Shown: piece by piece, positions 51,335-62,777 of the stretch
How the letters are laid out: every line of letters begins with the position of its first letter
Position numbering within the stretch: position 1 is the stretch's first letter
Assembly (NCBI GenBank): GCA_963715645.1
Contig: OY970259.1
Location: 2,860-66,859, forward strand
Source: an uncultured Thermoplasmata archaeon
GTDB lineage: Archaea; Thermoplasmatota; Thermoplasmata; Lutacidiplasmatales; UBA184
Direction of reading: 5' to 3'
Length of the DNA: 64,000 bases
Program-made: the position numbers and the translations under genes
The notes under the pieces: generated by a model
What the model was told of the DNA's origin: nothing
The model's database searches: none
What the model saw: the letters and a program-made list of their open reading frames with translations, nothing else

Positions 51335-52935
51335 ATGGCCGAGGAGGGGCACGGGGGCGCCCCCGTCGACCCGGCTCATCGGACCGACTCCCGGGCGACC
51401 TCACCCCCGAGGAACACCGGATCCTGGCGTACGCCAGCGCCATCGGTTCCGAGTTCGACTTCTCGCTCCTGGTCCGGGCGATGGACGCGAACGAGGAGGA
51501 ACTCGCCGAGCAGCTGGAGCGCCTGGTGCATCGCGGCATCCTTCGAGAGCGCCGCGGCGGCGAGCGGTTCGGGTTCGCGGAGGAGGAGTTCCGGGCCCGG
51601 GTCTACCGCTCCCTGACCGAGAGCCGTCTTCGGGTCTTGCACCGCAAGATCGCCCTCGCCCTGGAGAGCCTGGGCTCGGGGTCCCTCGCCCATCAGTCGG
51701 CCGAGCTCGGACGACACTACTTCCTGGGCAAGGTCGGTGAGAAATCCCTCGCCTACAATCAGAAGGCGGCCGAGGAGGCCCGGTCGGCGGGCGAACCGGA
51801 GCGGGCGGTCCACCACTACGAACGGGTCCTCCTGGAGTTGGAGCACCTGCCCGGCGACCATCGTCGCGAGCAGGTCGAGGTGCTCCAGAGCCTGGGCGAC
51901 CTCCTCTTCTCCGTCGGGAACTTCCCCGGTGCCGACCTGTTCTACCGTCGCGCGCTCGAACGGGTCGGCGCAGGCGAGCCGAACCTGACGGCTCGCATCA
52001 CCCTGGCACGCGCGGAGATCGCTCGCGAGAACCTGGACGGCGAGGTCGCCGGGCGTGGGGCGCTCGAGGCCCGCCGGCTGTTCGAGATGACGGGCGACCT
52101 GGTGGGGGTGGCGCAGACCCACCGGCTGCTGGCCCGGCTGGCGTTCGCCCGCGGCGCCTACTCGGAGTCCCTCGAGGAGAACATGCGCTCGCTCGAGCTC
52201 CTCGAAGGCAACCGGGCCCCGCACCTGATGGGACTCCTCTCGATCGACCTCGGCAATTCGTTCGCCCTGTCCGGCCCCGAGGGCCGGCTGGTCGCCGAGG
52301 ATTGGTACAAGCACGCCATCGAACTGCTCTCCCAGACCGGGGACTGGGTCGAGCTGTCGCGGGCCTACCACAACCTCGGGGTGGCCGTCGGCGAGGGCCA
52401 CCCCCAGGACGGCCTCGAGTACCTGACGCGGGCGCGGGAGGCGGCGGAGCGCGCGCACGACCGCCGTTCGGCCGGCTGGTCGCTCATCTCGGGGGTCGAG
52501 ATGCGACTCTCCCTCGGGCAGCTGGACGAGGCCACGCGGGACAACGAACAGGCCGCCCGGATGCTCGAACACTTGGCCGACAGCCTTGGCCTCGAACAGG
52601 TCGACCTCAACCGGGGCGAGATCGCCGAGCGGCGGGGTCAGTGGGAGGATGCCGAGCGTGCCTACCTGACCGCGATCCAGCAGTGCCGGACGTACGGGCT
52701 CGGGGCCGATGAGGCCGAGGTCCAGTTCCATCTCGCGCGGCTCCGTTCGAAAACCCGGGACTGGGAGGGGGCCCGCGCCGCCTTCGAGGCGGCGGAGCGG
52801 CTCGACCTGGCGAAGATGCGACCGAACCTGCTGGCGGGGTTCGAGCAGCTTCGGCTCACCCTCGCCGCGGCGTGTCCCCGCGACCCGACCCCCGCCGGGG
52901 CCGAAAGTGGCACGTCGGAGCACCCACCCTTATAA
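51335..52935 (+). CDS. TPR-repeat protein with an N-terminal winged-helix-like module (ATPase-less paralogue of the next gene); 5' frame change near 51395
   Basis: ATG 51335 is in one frame. DLTPEEHRILAYASAIGSEFDFSLLVRAMDANEEELAEQLERLVHRGIL is in the frame of ORF 51481-52935. Many TPR-like helices follow. Confidence 0.65.
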
Positions 52936-52959
52936 GGGGGTTCTCGGCTCTTTCTGTCG

Positions 52960-55396
52960 ATGGCCGGCGCGACATTCGAGCGCGAGGCGTCGCGCGCCCC
53001 GGTCTTCGGTCGGGAGGAGGTGGTCGCGGAGATCTCGCGGGCGCTTTCGGGGGCGCAATCCGGTAACGGACAGGGGCTCCTGCTCACGGGCCCCGCCGGT
53101 ATCGGGAAGAGCTACCTCCTTCAGGTGGCGGTCGAGCGGGCGAGCGCGCAGGGGTTCCACGTCCTCTCCGCACGAGCGCTGCCCGGAGGACCTGCCGCCC
53201 CCGTTCACCTTGGTGCGCCATCTCCTCGCTTCCGGCGCCGAGGTGACCGGGCCGGCAACGGAGCCCCTCGAAGCCGACCCCGGGACCGGGGAGATCCCCA
53301 TGTACCTGCTCCCGTTCCTCGGCGAGGCCCCGCCGCGCGTCGTGCCGCGCGTCGTCGGCGACGCCGTCGGGGCCCCTTCGACCGAGGAGATGATGCTGCG
53401 GCTCGGCCCACCCGGTGGGAATCCCGCCGGGCAGGGGCATCAAGAGCTCACGCTCCGCGTCGCGGAATTCCTCCGGGATGCGTCCCGGAGCCGCCCCCTC
53501 CTCCTCGCCCTCGACGACCTCCAGTTCGCGGACGCCTCCTCCCTGGAGGTGGTCCGGCATCTCGCCTCCGAGCTCGGGAACGTGCCGCTCGCCGTCGTCG
53601 CCACCTTCTCGGATGCGGCGTCCTCCTCCGAACGCGTCCGGACCCGGCTCACGGAGGTCCGGCAAGCGGCCGGGTTCCGGACCGTCACGCTCCGTCCGTT
53701 CGGCCCCACCGAGGTCGCGGAGTTCGTGCGGTGGGTCCAGGGCGGCCGACCGGCCTCGGAGCAGGACGTCCTGCGCTGGCACGCCCAGACGGAGGGGAAC
53801 CCCCTGTTCCTCGAGCAGGTCGCCCGGTCGACCATCGGCTACGGCCCCCCGGGCGTCGGTTCCTCCGCGGGCGGCCGGAACGTCGCCGAGGTGCTACGAG
53901 CGCCGGGTCGTCTCGTTGAGCGACCTCGACCGCCGACTCCTCTCGTACGCGGTCGTCCTCGGCAAGGAGTTCTCGTTCGCCGACCTGCTCGCGGTCGCGG
54001 GCATGTCGGAGGAGCACGGCACCGAGGGTCTCGACCGGCTGGTCCGCGATGGCCTCCTGCGCGAACGCGGGGGGAGGTGTACGAGTTCGTGAGCGATGCG
54101 TTGCGAACCGAGGTCTACGCCGAGCTGACGGAAACCCGCCGTCGCATCCTCCACCAGAAGGCGGGTCGCGCCCTCGAGGGGCGCGGAGCGAGCGATTCGG
54201 AGCTGGCGCGGCATTTCTTCCTGGCTCGTGAGGAGGAGAAGGCGGTCGAGTACAACAGCCGCGCGGCCCAGGCCGCCGCCCGCGCGTTCGATTTCGATAC
54301 CGCCGCCGCCCACCTGTCGCGGGCCCTCGAGGCGGAACGACGTCGACCTCAGCGGGCGGTCGACATCGAGCTCCAGCTCTTGACCGACCTCGGACGCCTC
54401 CTCGACGAAACCGGGAGGCTGCGCCGTTCCGACACCCTCCTCACCGAGGCGATCCGGCTGGCCCGCGACCAGCCGGGGCACCAGCTCGCCCTGGGACGGG
54501 CGCTGCTCGCCCTCGCCCAGACCCAGACCGACCTGAGCGAGTTCGCCAGCGCCTCGGCCCTGGCCACCGAGGCGGTGGGGATCCTCGCCCTCGTCGGGAC
54601 CGCCCGCGACCTGATGGCAGCGCACCGGGTCCTCGGGACCGTCTCGTGGCGACTCGGGCGCCCGGCGGAGGCAGAGGCCCACCAACGCGAGGCGCTGCTC
54701 ATCGCTCGGCGCGAAGGTACTCCGGCGGAGGTCGGGCACACGCTCATCGACCTCGCCAACTCGATGATCGGGACGGGTCCGGTCCTCCTGGACACCGCCC
54801 TCGAACTGTACGACCAGGCGGCGGAGATGTTCGCCGCGCAGGAGGATCACGCGGCGCGAGCCCGCGTCCTGATGAACCGTGCCGTGTTGCAGTACTCGAA
54901 CGGGAAGGAGGACGGGGCTCGAGCGGACCTCGCTCGAGCCATCGAGGCCGCGGAACGCTCCCGCTCCCCGATCTGGATCGGCTACTGCTGCCTCAACCTC
55001 GCCCAGATCGAGGCCGAGGCGGGCCGGACGACCGAGGCCCACCGAGCGCTGGACCGGGCGGTGGACTCCCTCGGCACGCTCGGAGACCGGCTCGCGTCGC
55101 AGCAGCTCGCCATGACCCGCGGCATGCTCGCCGTCGCGGAGAAGGAGTACGGGGAGGCGGACCTCCAGTACGCCGAGGCGCTCGCCCAGGCGCGGAGCCT
55201 CGGGATGACCGCCGAGGAGGTCGAGGTGCTCGCCCGGATGGCGCAATCGACCCACGACCGGGGGGACGATGGGGCCGCTCGGGAACTCCTCGCGAAGGCG
55301 CGGGAGCGATGGTCCCTCGTAGCGCGGCCAGACCTCGCGGAACGGATCGCCATGGTCGAGCGGGCGCTGACCCAGGCCTCCGACCCCCACCGTTAA
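52960..55396 (+). CDS. STAND-type AAA_16 ATPase with C-terminal TPR array, about 3 frame changes
   Basis: FGREEVVAEISRALSGAQSGNGQGLLLTGPAGIGKSYLL (ORF 52960-), LLLALDDLQFAD and GNPLFLEQV (ORF 52709-55396). The wHTH part (LSDLDRRLLSYAVVLGKEFSF) is in ORF 53415-54092. Confidence 0.75.
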
Positions 55397-55421
55397 GGCG
55401 GCTTCCCCGGTCGGCGCCGGG

Positions 55422-56219
55422 ATGGCCGGCGACGCTCGGGAGGTGACCCGAACCGCGCCCGATGGTTCGCCGCACCCGGACCGGGGCCAACCGACGTTCG
55501 AACGGGATCTGCGACGGATGTTCGGGCATATCGCCGAGCGGTACGACTGGTTCGACCATGTGGCTTCCCTGGGCAACGACTTCCTGTGGCGGCCACGGGC
55601 GCTCGGCCAGCTCGACCGGTTCCGTTCTCGCGGCCCCCTCCGCCGGGTCCTCGACATCGGTTGCGGGACGGGGGACCTCGCCCGTCAGGTCGCTCGGCGA
55701 TATCCCGACGCCCAGGTCGTCGGCGCGGACTTCACCGGCCCGATGCTCCGGAACGCGCACGAGCGCAACCGCCGGGCGTGGGAGGGGAGGCGCGTCGCGC
55801 TCACCCGGGCCACCGCGCTTCGCCTCCCGTTCGCCGACGCCGCGTTCGACCTGGTGACGAACGCGTTCGTCGCCCGGAACCTGACGGACCTCCCCGGGGC
55901 GTTCCGGGAGATGCGTCGGGTCCTCCGCGCGGGGGGGCTCCTCCTCACGCTCGAGATCACGGAGCCGCTCTCGCCGACCTTCGGCGCGCTCTTCCACGCC
56001 TACTTCGACCGCGTCGTACCGTGGATGGGCGCGGCGGTGGCGAGCGCCGGCCCCTACCGGTACCTGCCCGAGTCGCTCCGTTCGCTCCCGCCGCGGGCGG
56101 CCCTGCTCGACGTGATCCGCGCCGCAGGATTCCCCCGCGTCGCCGCCCCTTCGCAGTCGTTCGGCATCGTCACCACGTTCCTCGGGGAAGCGGGCGCCTC
56201 GGCGGACCAAAGGCGTTAA
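55422..56219 (+). CDS. UbiE/MenG-family SAM-dependent methyltransferase
   Basis: Intact. FGHIAERYDWFDHVASLGNDFLWR, VLDIGCGTGDL, LPFADAAFDLVTNAFVARN, MRRVLRAGGLLLTLE. Confidence 0.8.
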   Translation: MAGDAREVTRTAPDGSPHPDRGQPTFERDLRRMFGHIAERYDWFDHVASLGNDFLWRPRALGQLDRFRSRGPLRRVLDIGCGTGDLARQVARRYPDAQVVGADFTGPMLRNAHERNRRAWEGRRVALTRATALRLPFADAAFDLVTNAFVARNLTDLPGAFREMRRVLRAGGLLLTLEITEPLSPTFGALFHAYFDRVVPWMGAAVASAGPYRYLPESLRSLPPRAALLDVIRAAGFPRVAAPSQSFGIVTTFLGEAGASADQRR

Positions 56220-56245
56220 GCCCGGGCCGGTGCGTTCTTCGCCCG

Positions 56246-57379
56246 GTGTCGGCCCCTCCGTTCGACGCGTTCCGTTATGCCCATGCCCACCGCCGCGAGG
56301 TGGCCTGGATGAGCCAGAACACCAACCATCTCGTTCCACCGGAGGCGATCCGCGCCGCCGTCGAGGAGGCCCTCCGGGACCGTCGCTATGAGGGATATCC
56401 CGAGGCGAAGGGGGACCCCGAACTGTTGGAGCTCATCCGCGCCGACTTGGGACTCCCCGACTACCCGCCCCTTCTCACGGCCGGCGGAACCGAGGCCCTC
56501 TACATGATCACCCGGGCGCTCTTGGGCCCCGGCGACGAGGTCATCGCCTCGGACCCGAGCTACCTCATCATCCACCGGTTCGTCGAGCTCACCGGAGCCC
56601 GGACCGTCAACCTCGACATCTACGCGCCGCCGTACCGCCTGAGCGCGGACCGGGTCCAGGCGGCGATCACGCCGAGGACGAAGATGATCCTCCTCATCGA
56701 CCCGTTGAACCCGCTCGGCTCCGGCTACCCCCGCGACGAGGTGCGGGCGATCGCCGAGATCGCGCGGGACCACCACCTGACGCTCCTCAACGACGTCACG
56801 TACCGAGACTTCTCGCCCTCGCCGACCCTGGCGGCGGAGTTCGCCCCCGAGGCGACCGTCACGGTCTGGTCGACCTCCAAGAACTGCGGCCTCGCCGGCC
56901 TGCGCATCGGGGGTCTCTCGGCGGCGCCCGACCGACTCCCGGCGATCGCGCGGTACAACACCAACGACCTCGGGGTCAACATCCTCGCCCAGGTCGCCGC
57001 GGCCGCGGCGATCCGGACCAAGTCGAGCTGGCTCCCGGAGGTGGTCCGCCAGATCCGCCTCAACGGCGAGCGCATCGCCGCGACCGTCAAGTCCGTCCCC
57101 GGCGCCTCGCTGCCGGTGTTCCCCTCCTGGGCCTCGATGACCGTCATCGACGTGAGCGCGCTCGGCGTCTCGCCCGAGGCGATCCAAGAGGAGATGCTCC
57201 TCCGCCACGGGGTCTTCGTCCGTGCGGGGAACTATCTCTCGCCCCGCCACGGGTCGAACTTCGTGCGGGTTTCGTTCTCGAACCCTCCCGCCGACCTCCG
57301 TCGCTTCGAGACCGCGTTCCCGGAATCGATCCGCACGCTGCGGAGCCGGGCTCCCATGGCCGCCGGGGCCCGGACCTAG
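56246..57379 (+). CDS. class I/II pyridoxal-phosphate aminotransferase
   Basis: Within ORF 55586-57379. The start is GTG 56246 or ATG 56309. Motifs: GYPEAKGDPEL, IDPLNPLGSGY, WSTSKNCGLAGLRIG (PLP Lys), VRVSF. Confidence 0.8.
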   Translation: MSAPPFDAFRYAHAHRREVAWMSQNTNHLVPPEAIRAAVEEALRDRRYEGYPEAKGDPELLELIRADLGLPDYPPLLTAGGTEALYMITRALLGPGDEVIASDPSYLIIHRFVELTGARTVNLDIYAPPYRLSADRVQAAITPRTKMILLIDPLNPLGSGYPRDEVRAIAEIARDHHLTLLNDVTYRDFSPSPTLAAEFAPEATVTVWSTSKNCGLAGLRIGGLSAAPDRLPAIARYNTNDLGVNILAQVAAAAAIRTKSSWLPEVVRQIRLNGERIAATVKSVPGASLPVFPSWASMTVIDVSALGVSPEAIQEEMLLRHGVFVRAGNYLSPRHGSNFVRVSFSNPPADLRRFETAFPESIRTLRSRAPMAAGART

Positions 57380-58275
57380 CCGGCGCTCCGATGCGCCCCC
57401 TCGAGGGCTGGGCGGACGCGAACGTCCACCACCACGTGCGTGCGTCCGGGTCCGTACGGTTTCACCGCACGTCCCTTCGGGAGCCCGTCGACCGTGCCGC
57501 CGACGTCCCGGATCGTGCGCGCGACCCGTGCCTCGGCTTCGGCGACGGCGCGTCGTGAGTCCGCGACCAGGTGGACATGAAGGTCGCCTCCCGTCGGGCG
57601 GAGCAGGGGAACCGCCCGCCCGAGCCAGGGGAGGGCCGACGGCAGGTAGCCGAGGAACACGTGGTCCGCCTGCCCTGAGGGCAGGGGGACGGTGCGATTG
57701 TCACCCAGGGTCGGCTCGACCTGGGCCGCGACCCCGTTGAGCCGGGCGTTCTCCGCGAGGTAGGCGATCGACACCGGGTTCCGGTCGACCGCGGTCACCC
57801 GGGCCGCTCCCCCGAATCGGGCGGCCGGGATCGCAAAATAGCCGATCCCTGCGAACAGGTCGACCACGTTCTGGCCCGGCTGCACCAGGTGACCGGCCCG
57901 GGCCCGCTCGGTCCGGTTGCCGGCCGCGAACATCACCCGCGCGGCGTCGAACCGCCAGCGGACGCCGTCCTCGACGACCTCGGTTTCGGTCTCGCCGCCA
58001 AACAGGACCTCGACCCGAGGGGTGCGCAGCTCGCCCTCGACCGGCCCGGCGGCGCGGAGGACGGTCCTCGCCCGGAGCGCGACAGCGAGTCCGCTGGCAA
58101 GCTCTGGAAAGTAGGGTCGGAGCCGTTCGGGCCAGCGAACGAGCAGCACGCGGCCGAGCCGCACGTAGCCGTTCGGGAGCTGGGCCGCGAGCTCGGGGCC
58201 GGCCCGGTCGGCGAGCTCGGCCCGCAGGCGCTCGACCGGCGCCCGGCGCGGCCCGCGGGTCCGGCTCGGGCTCAC
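57376..58275 (-). CDS. trm5: Met-10+/Trm5-Taw2-family tRNA methyltransferase
   Basis: Intact. VMFAAGNRTER, VVDLFAGIGYFAIPAA, VTAVDRNPVSIAYLAENARLN. Confidence 0.75.
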   Translation of the reverse strand: MSPSRTRGPRRAPVERLRAELADRAGPELAAQLPNGYVRLGRVLLVRWPERLRPYFPELASGLAVALRARTVLRAAGPVEGELRTPRVEVLFGGETETEVVEDGVRWRFDAARVMFAAGNRTERARAGHLVQPGQNVVDLFAGIGYFAIPAARFGGAARVTAVDRNPVSIAYLAENARLNGVAAQVEPTLGDNRTVPLPSGQADHVFLGYLPSALPWLGRAVPLLRPTGGDLHVHLVADSRRAVAEAEARVARTIRDVGGTVDGLPKGRAVKPYGPGRTHVVVDVRVRPALEGAHRSAG

Positions 58276-59024
58276 GACGAGGCCCCGCGCCCGCTCTCGA
58301 GGACGACCTCGAGGAACTGCTTGAGGTGGGAGGTGAGGATGGGGTTGTCGGTGAAGCCGCAGGCATCGAGTCCCGGGGCCGCGAGCAGGGCGTGCTCGCC
58401 ATCGGCCAGCACCTCGGTCGCCAGGAGGTTGTCGCGGGGGACGTACTCCACGCCCTCGGGCACACGTTGGAGCGGGGCGGTCACGAAGGTGATCTGGACC
58501 CCGCGTTTGACCGCGTGCTGGAACTTCTTGCCGAGCTGGTCGCGGACCTCCGCGATCCCCGGGGTCGTGAGGATGAACGTCCGGGTCGATTGGTCGAGAA
58601 GCTCGCCGATCTTCTGGACGACCTTCTCCCGGCCGGAGAGGAGGTAGACGAGCTGCGGTTCCCCGTGCTCGGCGACGACCCGGTGGAGGTTCGCGAGACG
58701 TTCGAAGACCTCCTGGATCGCTCCCTTCAGCGATTCGGCGACGTCGATGGGGGGCGTCGGACGGAAGAGGATCGGCTTGCCGCCGGTCGGTTTCGCATAC
58801 CCCTTCGCCGCGAGAGATTCGAGGACCTTGTAGGCGCTCGTCCGGGGGATGCCGGCGGCCGAAGCGAGCGTCGCGGCGTCCCCGACCCCGCGGGCGACCA
58901 GGGCGATGTAGGCGCGGGCCTCGTACTGGGTCAGGCCGACCTTGCCGAGGACGTCGGTCGCTCGACGGAACTCGTCGCTGGTCGGGTTGCCCAGCGAGAG
59001 TGCGGTGTCCTCGATGGTCGCCAT
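58272..59024 (-). CDS. TrmB-family transcriptional regulator
   Basis: Intact. GLTQYEARAYIALVARGVGDAATLASAAGIPRTSAYKVLESLAAKGY plus the TrmB C-terminal domain. Confidence 0.75.
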   Translation of the reverse strand: MATIEDTALSLGNPTSDEFRRATDVLGKVGLTQYEARAYIALVARGVGDAATLASAAGIPRTSAYKVLESLAAKGYAKPTGGKPILFRPTPPIDVAESLKGAIQEVFERLANLHRVVAEHGEPQLVYLLSGREKVVQKIGELLDQSTRTFILTTPGIAEVRDQLGKKFQHAVKRGVQITFVTAPLQRVPEGVEYVPRDNLLATEVLADGEHALLAAPGLDACGFTDNPILTSHLKQFLEVVLESGRGASS

Positions 59025-59066
59025 CGGCGTGCGGGTCGGAGGGCCGTCGTGGGACTTAACGCCGAC

Positions 59067-60467
59067 CTACGGGACCGGCTCGGCGAGCTTGAGGAGGGCC
59101 GCGCTCCCGAGCAGGGCGTCGACTTCGGCCTGCGTGAGCATTCCCCGGTCGACGAGGAGCTGCCGGACCGGGCGACCCTCCCGCTCCGCCGCGTGGAGGA
59201 GCTCCGCCACCTTGAGGTAGCCGAATCGCGGGGTCAGGACGGTCGCCAACGCGGCGGACTCGAAGACGAGCTTCTCGAGGTGGGGGATATTCGCGGTGAT
59301 GCCGTCTATGCACGTCCGAGCGAAGACGGGCAAATAGTTCGCCAGGATCTCGGCCGCGAAGAGCACCTCGTAGGCCGCGAGCGGCATCATGACGTTGATC
59401 TCGAGTTGCCCGGCCTGTACCGCGAGGGCCGTCGCCGCATCGGCCCCGACGACATGGAAGGCGACCATGTTCAGGCACTCCGCGGCCGACGGGTTCACCT
59501 TCGCGGGCATGATCGACGACCCCGGCTGGATCTCGGGCAAGCGCACTTCGTCGAGGCCGGTCGCCGGGCCGCTCGCGAGCAGGCGCAGGTCGTTGGCGAT
59601 GCGGATGAGCTCCAGCGAGAGCGTGCGGAGCCATCCCGAGGCGGCCGCGAGCGGCCATCGGCTCTGCATCGTCTCGAACGGGTCGCGGGCGACCCGCAGC
59701 GGGAGTCCCGTCAGGGCAGCATACTCCCTCACGGCACCCGCCCGGAACCCCGGCGCCGAGTTGACCCCGCTTCCGACCGCGCTCCCTCCGAGGGCGACCT
59801 CGGCGAGGGCCCCCTCCACCCCGGGGAGGAGTTCCAGGACGTGCTCGAGGGCGCTGGCGTAGGCGCGGAACTCGGAGCCCAGGGTGACCGGCATCGCGTC
59901 CTTGAGGTGGGTACGGCCGGCCTTCGGGAGCCGACGGAACTCCTCCGCCTTCCGTCGGAGGCTCTCGACGAGAACCCCGAGCGATCGACGGACTTCGACG
60001 AGCGCGAACAGGGCCGCGACCTGGGCGGCCGTCGGGAAGGTGTCGTTCGTCGACTGGCCGCGGTTCACGAGGTCGTTCGGGCTGATCGTCGTGTACTCCC
60101 CCCGTGGCTTCCCGAGGATCTCGAGGGCTCGGTTGGCGAGGACCTCGTTCACGTTCATGTGGAAAGAGGTCCCAGCGCCGGCCTGGAAGACGTCCACGAC
60201 AAACTCTGCGGCGAGCCTCCCCTCCGCGACCTCGCGCGCCGCCTGTTCGACCGCCTTTCCACGCTCGGCGTCGACCACGCCGAGCGCGACGTTCGCCCGG
60301 ACGCACGCGAGCTTCAGGAGTGCGTAGGCCCGGACGAGGTGCGGAGATGCGTGAAGTCCGCTCACCGGGAAGTTCTCGCAGGCCCGCAGGGTCTGGATGC
60401 CCCAGTAGACCGAATCGGGAACGTCCCGGGGGCCGAGCGAATCCTGTTCGACGCGCGAGGGGGCCAT
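59067..60467 (-). CDS. aspartate ammonia-lyase / class II fumarate hydratase family (AspA-like signature)
   Basis: ATG 60467 within ORF 59067-60863. Motifs: QSTNDTFPTA, GRTHLKDAMPVTLG, and the signature GSSIMPAKVNP. Confidence 0.85.
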   Translation of the reverse strand: MAPSRVEQDSLGPRDVPDSVYWGIQTLRACENFPVSGLHASPHLVRAYALLKLACVRANVALGVVDAERGKAVEQAAREVAEGRLAAEFVVDVFQAGAGTSFHMNVNEVLANRALEILGKPRGEYTTISPNDLVNRGQSTNDTFPTAAQVAALFALVEVRRSLGVLVESLRRKAEEFRRLPKAGRTHLKDAMPVTLGSEFRAYASALEHVLELLPGVEGALAEVALGGSAVGSGVNSAPGFRAGAVREYAALTGLPLRVARDPFETMQSRWPLAAASGWLRTLSLELIRIANDLRLLASGPATGLDEVRLPEIQPGSSIMPAKVNPSAAECLNMVAFHVVGADAATALAVQAGQLEINVMMPLAAYEVLFAAEILANYLPVFARTCIDGITANIPHLEKLVFESAALATVLTPRFGYLKVAELLHAAEREGRPVRQLLVDRGMLTQAEVDALLGSAALLKLAEPVP

Positions 60468-60549
60468 GCCCCGAGAGGGGTTCCCGCCGACAAAACGTTT
60501 AGGCCCAGCACGGGCCTCGACCTCCGCTCGGATCCGCGGGCGGAGGATC

Positions 60550-62380
60550 GTGATCGACCTGGGGGAACTCGTCTTCGACGTGGTCGGGAACACGGTCTCG
60601 GTCGCGCTTCCCGCCGTCCTGTGGGCCATCCTCTTCCTCTGCGCGTTCGAGCACGGCCCCTTCGCAGAGTCGGTCGGCCTCGGTCGCCGGGCGTTCTGGT
60701 TGCTGCTGCCCGGAGCGGCCGCCGCGACCCTGGCCAATCTTCCGTTGGTCCCCATCTCCAACGACGTGCTCGGCATCAGCATCGGCGGTGCCGTCTTCCC
60801 CATCCTCGTGTCGCTCCTCGCCTTGGGACGCTTCGCACCCCCCGCGCGCCGGTCCGGCACCATCTTCCTCGGGGTCTACGGCATCGTCGCGGCCCTCGGG
60901 TTGGCGGTGGTACTGCTCGTCCCCGGGGTCCTGTTGAATACGCTCGGCGTGATCTCGGTCGCCGCCCTCGCCCCCGCCGCCGTGTTCGTGGCGGGACGAA
61001 CGCGGCACGACGACCTGCTCGAGCGGGTCGCAGGCCTGCTCGCCTTGACCGACGGGGTCCTCGTCCTCACGTTCCTCTTCTCGTCGGCGACGGTCGGCCA
61101 GGGCATCTCCGAAGCACTCCCCGAGTACCTGATGCCCCCGGTCGGTGCGGGCCTAGTGATCGCCCTCGTGGCGCCTCGACTGCTCCGCGGGGCGGAGGGG
61201 CTCGCCCTACCGGTCGCCTTCATCGCGGGCACGTTCGGCGTGCTCGTGGGGGCCGATGTCCTCCGTGAGCCTCCGCTCTACCCGAGCTCGACCCCCGGGC
61301 TCTACGTCATCGGCGGGGCGGGAATCTTCGACCTTGTCTACCTCTCCGGTCTGCTCGCGTTCGCGACCGCCTACGCCCTTCACTATGCCCTCGGACGGTC
61401 TTGGGAGCCGCTCGCCGGGGCTCCGTCGGAGAACCCCTCGCCCACGCCAGTCGGCCGACTGGGTCGGGCGTTCCGTCAGGGGGTCGACGGAGACCTTTCG
61501 GGCTCTCTCGCCCAGGCCGCGCTCGCCGCTCGGGGTGCGGCGACCGAGGCCGCACGGCTCCTCGAGGTCCCGCCGGCCCCCCGGCCGGCCCTGGCAAGGC
61601 CTACCGGTCCCCGGCTGGGTCGTCAGCGACCAGACCAACCTCGACGCAGCGGCCGCCCAAGGAACCTCGGACGGCCGGGAGAGCTATCGCGGCTGGTTGA
61701 TGGCCCGCTCGCTCGTGGGACTCTCTCTCCAGCTCACGGGCCGGCGATTCGCGACCGCGGGTGGCCGGGCGTGGGCGTTCGTCGTGGACCTCACGGTCGT
61801 CACGGCTCCCGCGGTCCTCCTCTGGGTCTACCTGGCGAGCCATACCCCGGGAGGACTCAACGGGGTGGTCCAAAGCATCCCGTTCAACGCCGTCATCTAC
61901 GGCTATATCAGCCTCGCCTACCTCTACTTCGTCATCGGCGAGCGGGTCTTCGGCACTACCCTCGGCAAGCGCGTCCAGGGACTCATCGTTCGCCAGCGGC
62001 AGCTTCGTCCGCCCGACCTTACGTCCGTCCTCGTGCGCAACGCGTTCCGGATCCCCGTCCTGTCGGTCGTCGGGGTCGCCCTCGCCAGCGCGATCGCCCT
62101 GTTCCTGGCGAGCTCGGTCCCCGCGAACGCGACGTTCGAAGGGTTCGCCCTTCCGACGCGCGTGCTGGCGGCCGTTAGCCTCCTCGCCGGCACGGCCGTG
62201 GCCGTCGGGCTGCTCGGGCTGGTCGGATTCCTCAGCATCTCGATGACGGGGGAGCGGCAACGGTTGGGGGACCTCGCGGCCGGGACCTGGGTGGTCCGGC
62301 GCACTACGGGGGCGTGGACGGGTGCGACGCCGCCGCCACCGGCCCCGGGGCCCGGACTGGGGCTGGGCCCGTCCGAGTGA
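60550..62380 (+). CDS. DUF1614-like membrane domain fused to an RDD-family domain; one frame change near 61590
   Basis: GTG 60550 follows GGAGG. Motifs: LGISIGGAVFPILVS and GVLVGADVLREP (ORF 60466-62178). After PPAPRP/WQGLPVPGW comes the RDD part (RRFATAGGRAWAFVVDL, FGTTLGKRVQGLIV, LGDLAAGTWVV; ORF 61256-62380). Confidence 0.6.
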
Positions 62381-62657
62381 CCGGGATCGCGATCGACGAG
62401 ACGTTCGCGTCGCGTCCATCCCGGTTGGTGAGGCGCTCCGTGTCGATCCGGATCGGGCCGACCTCGACCTGCCCCGCCAGGAAGCGGCGGCGGACGACCT
62501 CGACCACGTCGACCGCCTTCGCGATGGCGTTCCCCCGCGCTTTCACCACGACGGGACCCGCGCCAGAGTTGAGCTGGCTCACGACCTGAAAGACGTACGT
62601 CATCGTCGGCTTGAGGCCGATGAAGACGGTCACGCCGGCGTCCGGGCGGTCCGCCAT
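62304..62657 (-). CDS. albA: Alba (Sso10b) DNA/RNA-binding protein
   Basis: ATG 62657 gives MADRPDAGVTVFIGLKPTMTYVFQVVSQLNSGAGPVVVKARGNAIAKAVDVVEVVRRRF. The Pro/Ala tail at the 3' end may be a GC-driven extension. Confidence 0.8.
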   Translation of the reverse strand: MADRPDAGVTVFIGLKPTMTYVFQVVSQLNSGAGPVVVKARGNAIAKAVDVVEVVRRRFLAGQVEVGPIRIDTERLTNRDGRDANVSSIAIPVTRTGPAPVRAPGPVAAASHPSTPP

Positions 62658-62777
62658 GGGTAGAGAGCGACCGCGCATCGCTACAAGTGTCTTTGTGGTG
62701 GGGGGCTGGGGCGCGCCACCGGGCGACCTTGCCTTCGCAAAGGTTATCGCCCGCCCCCCGTAGCCGCCGCCGACCGT

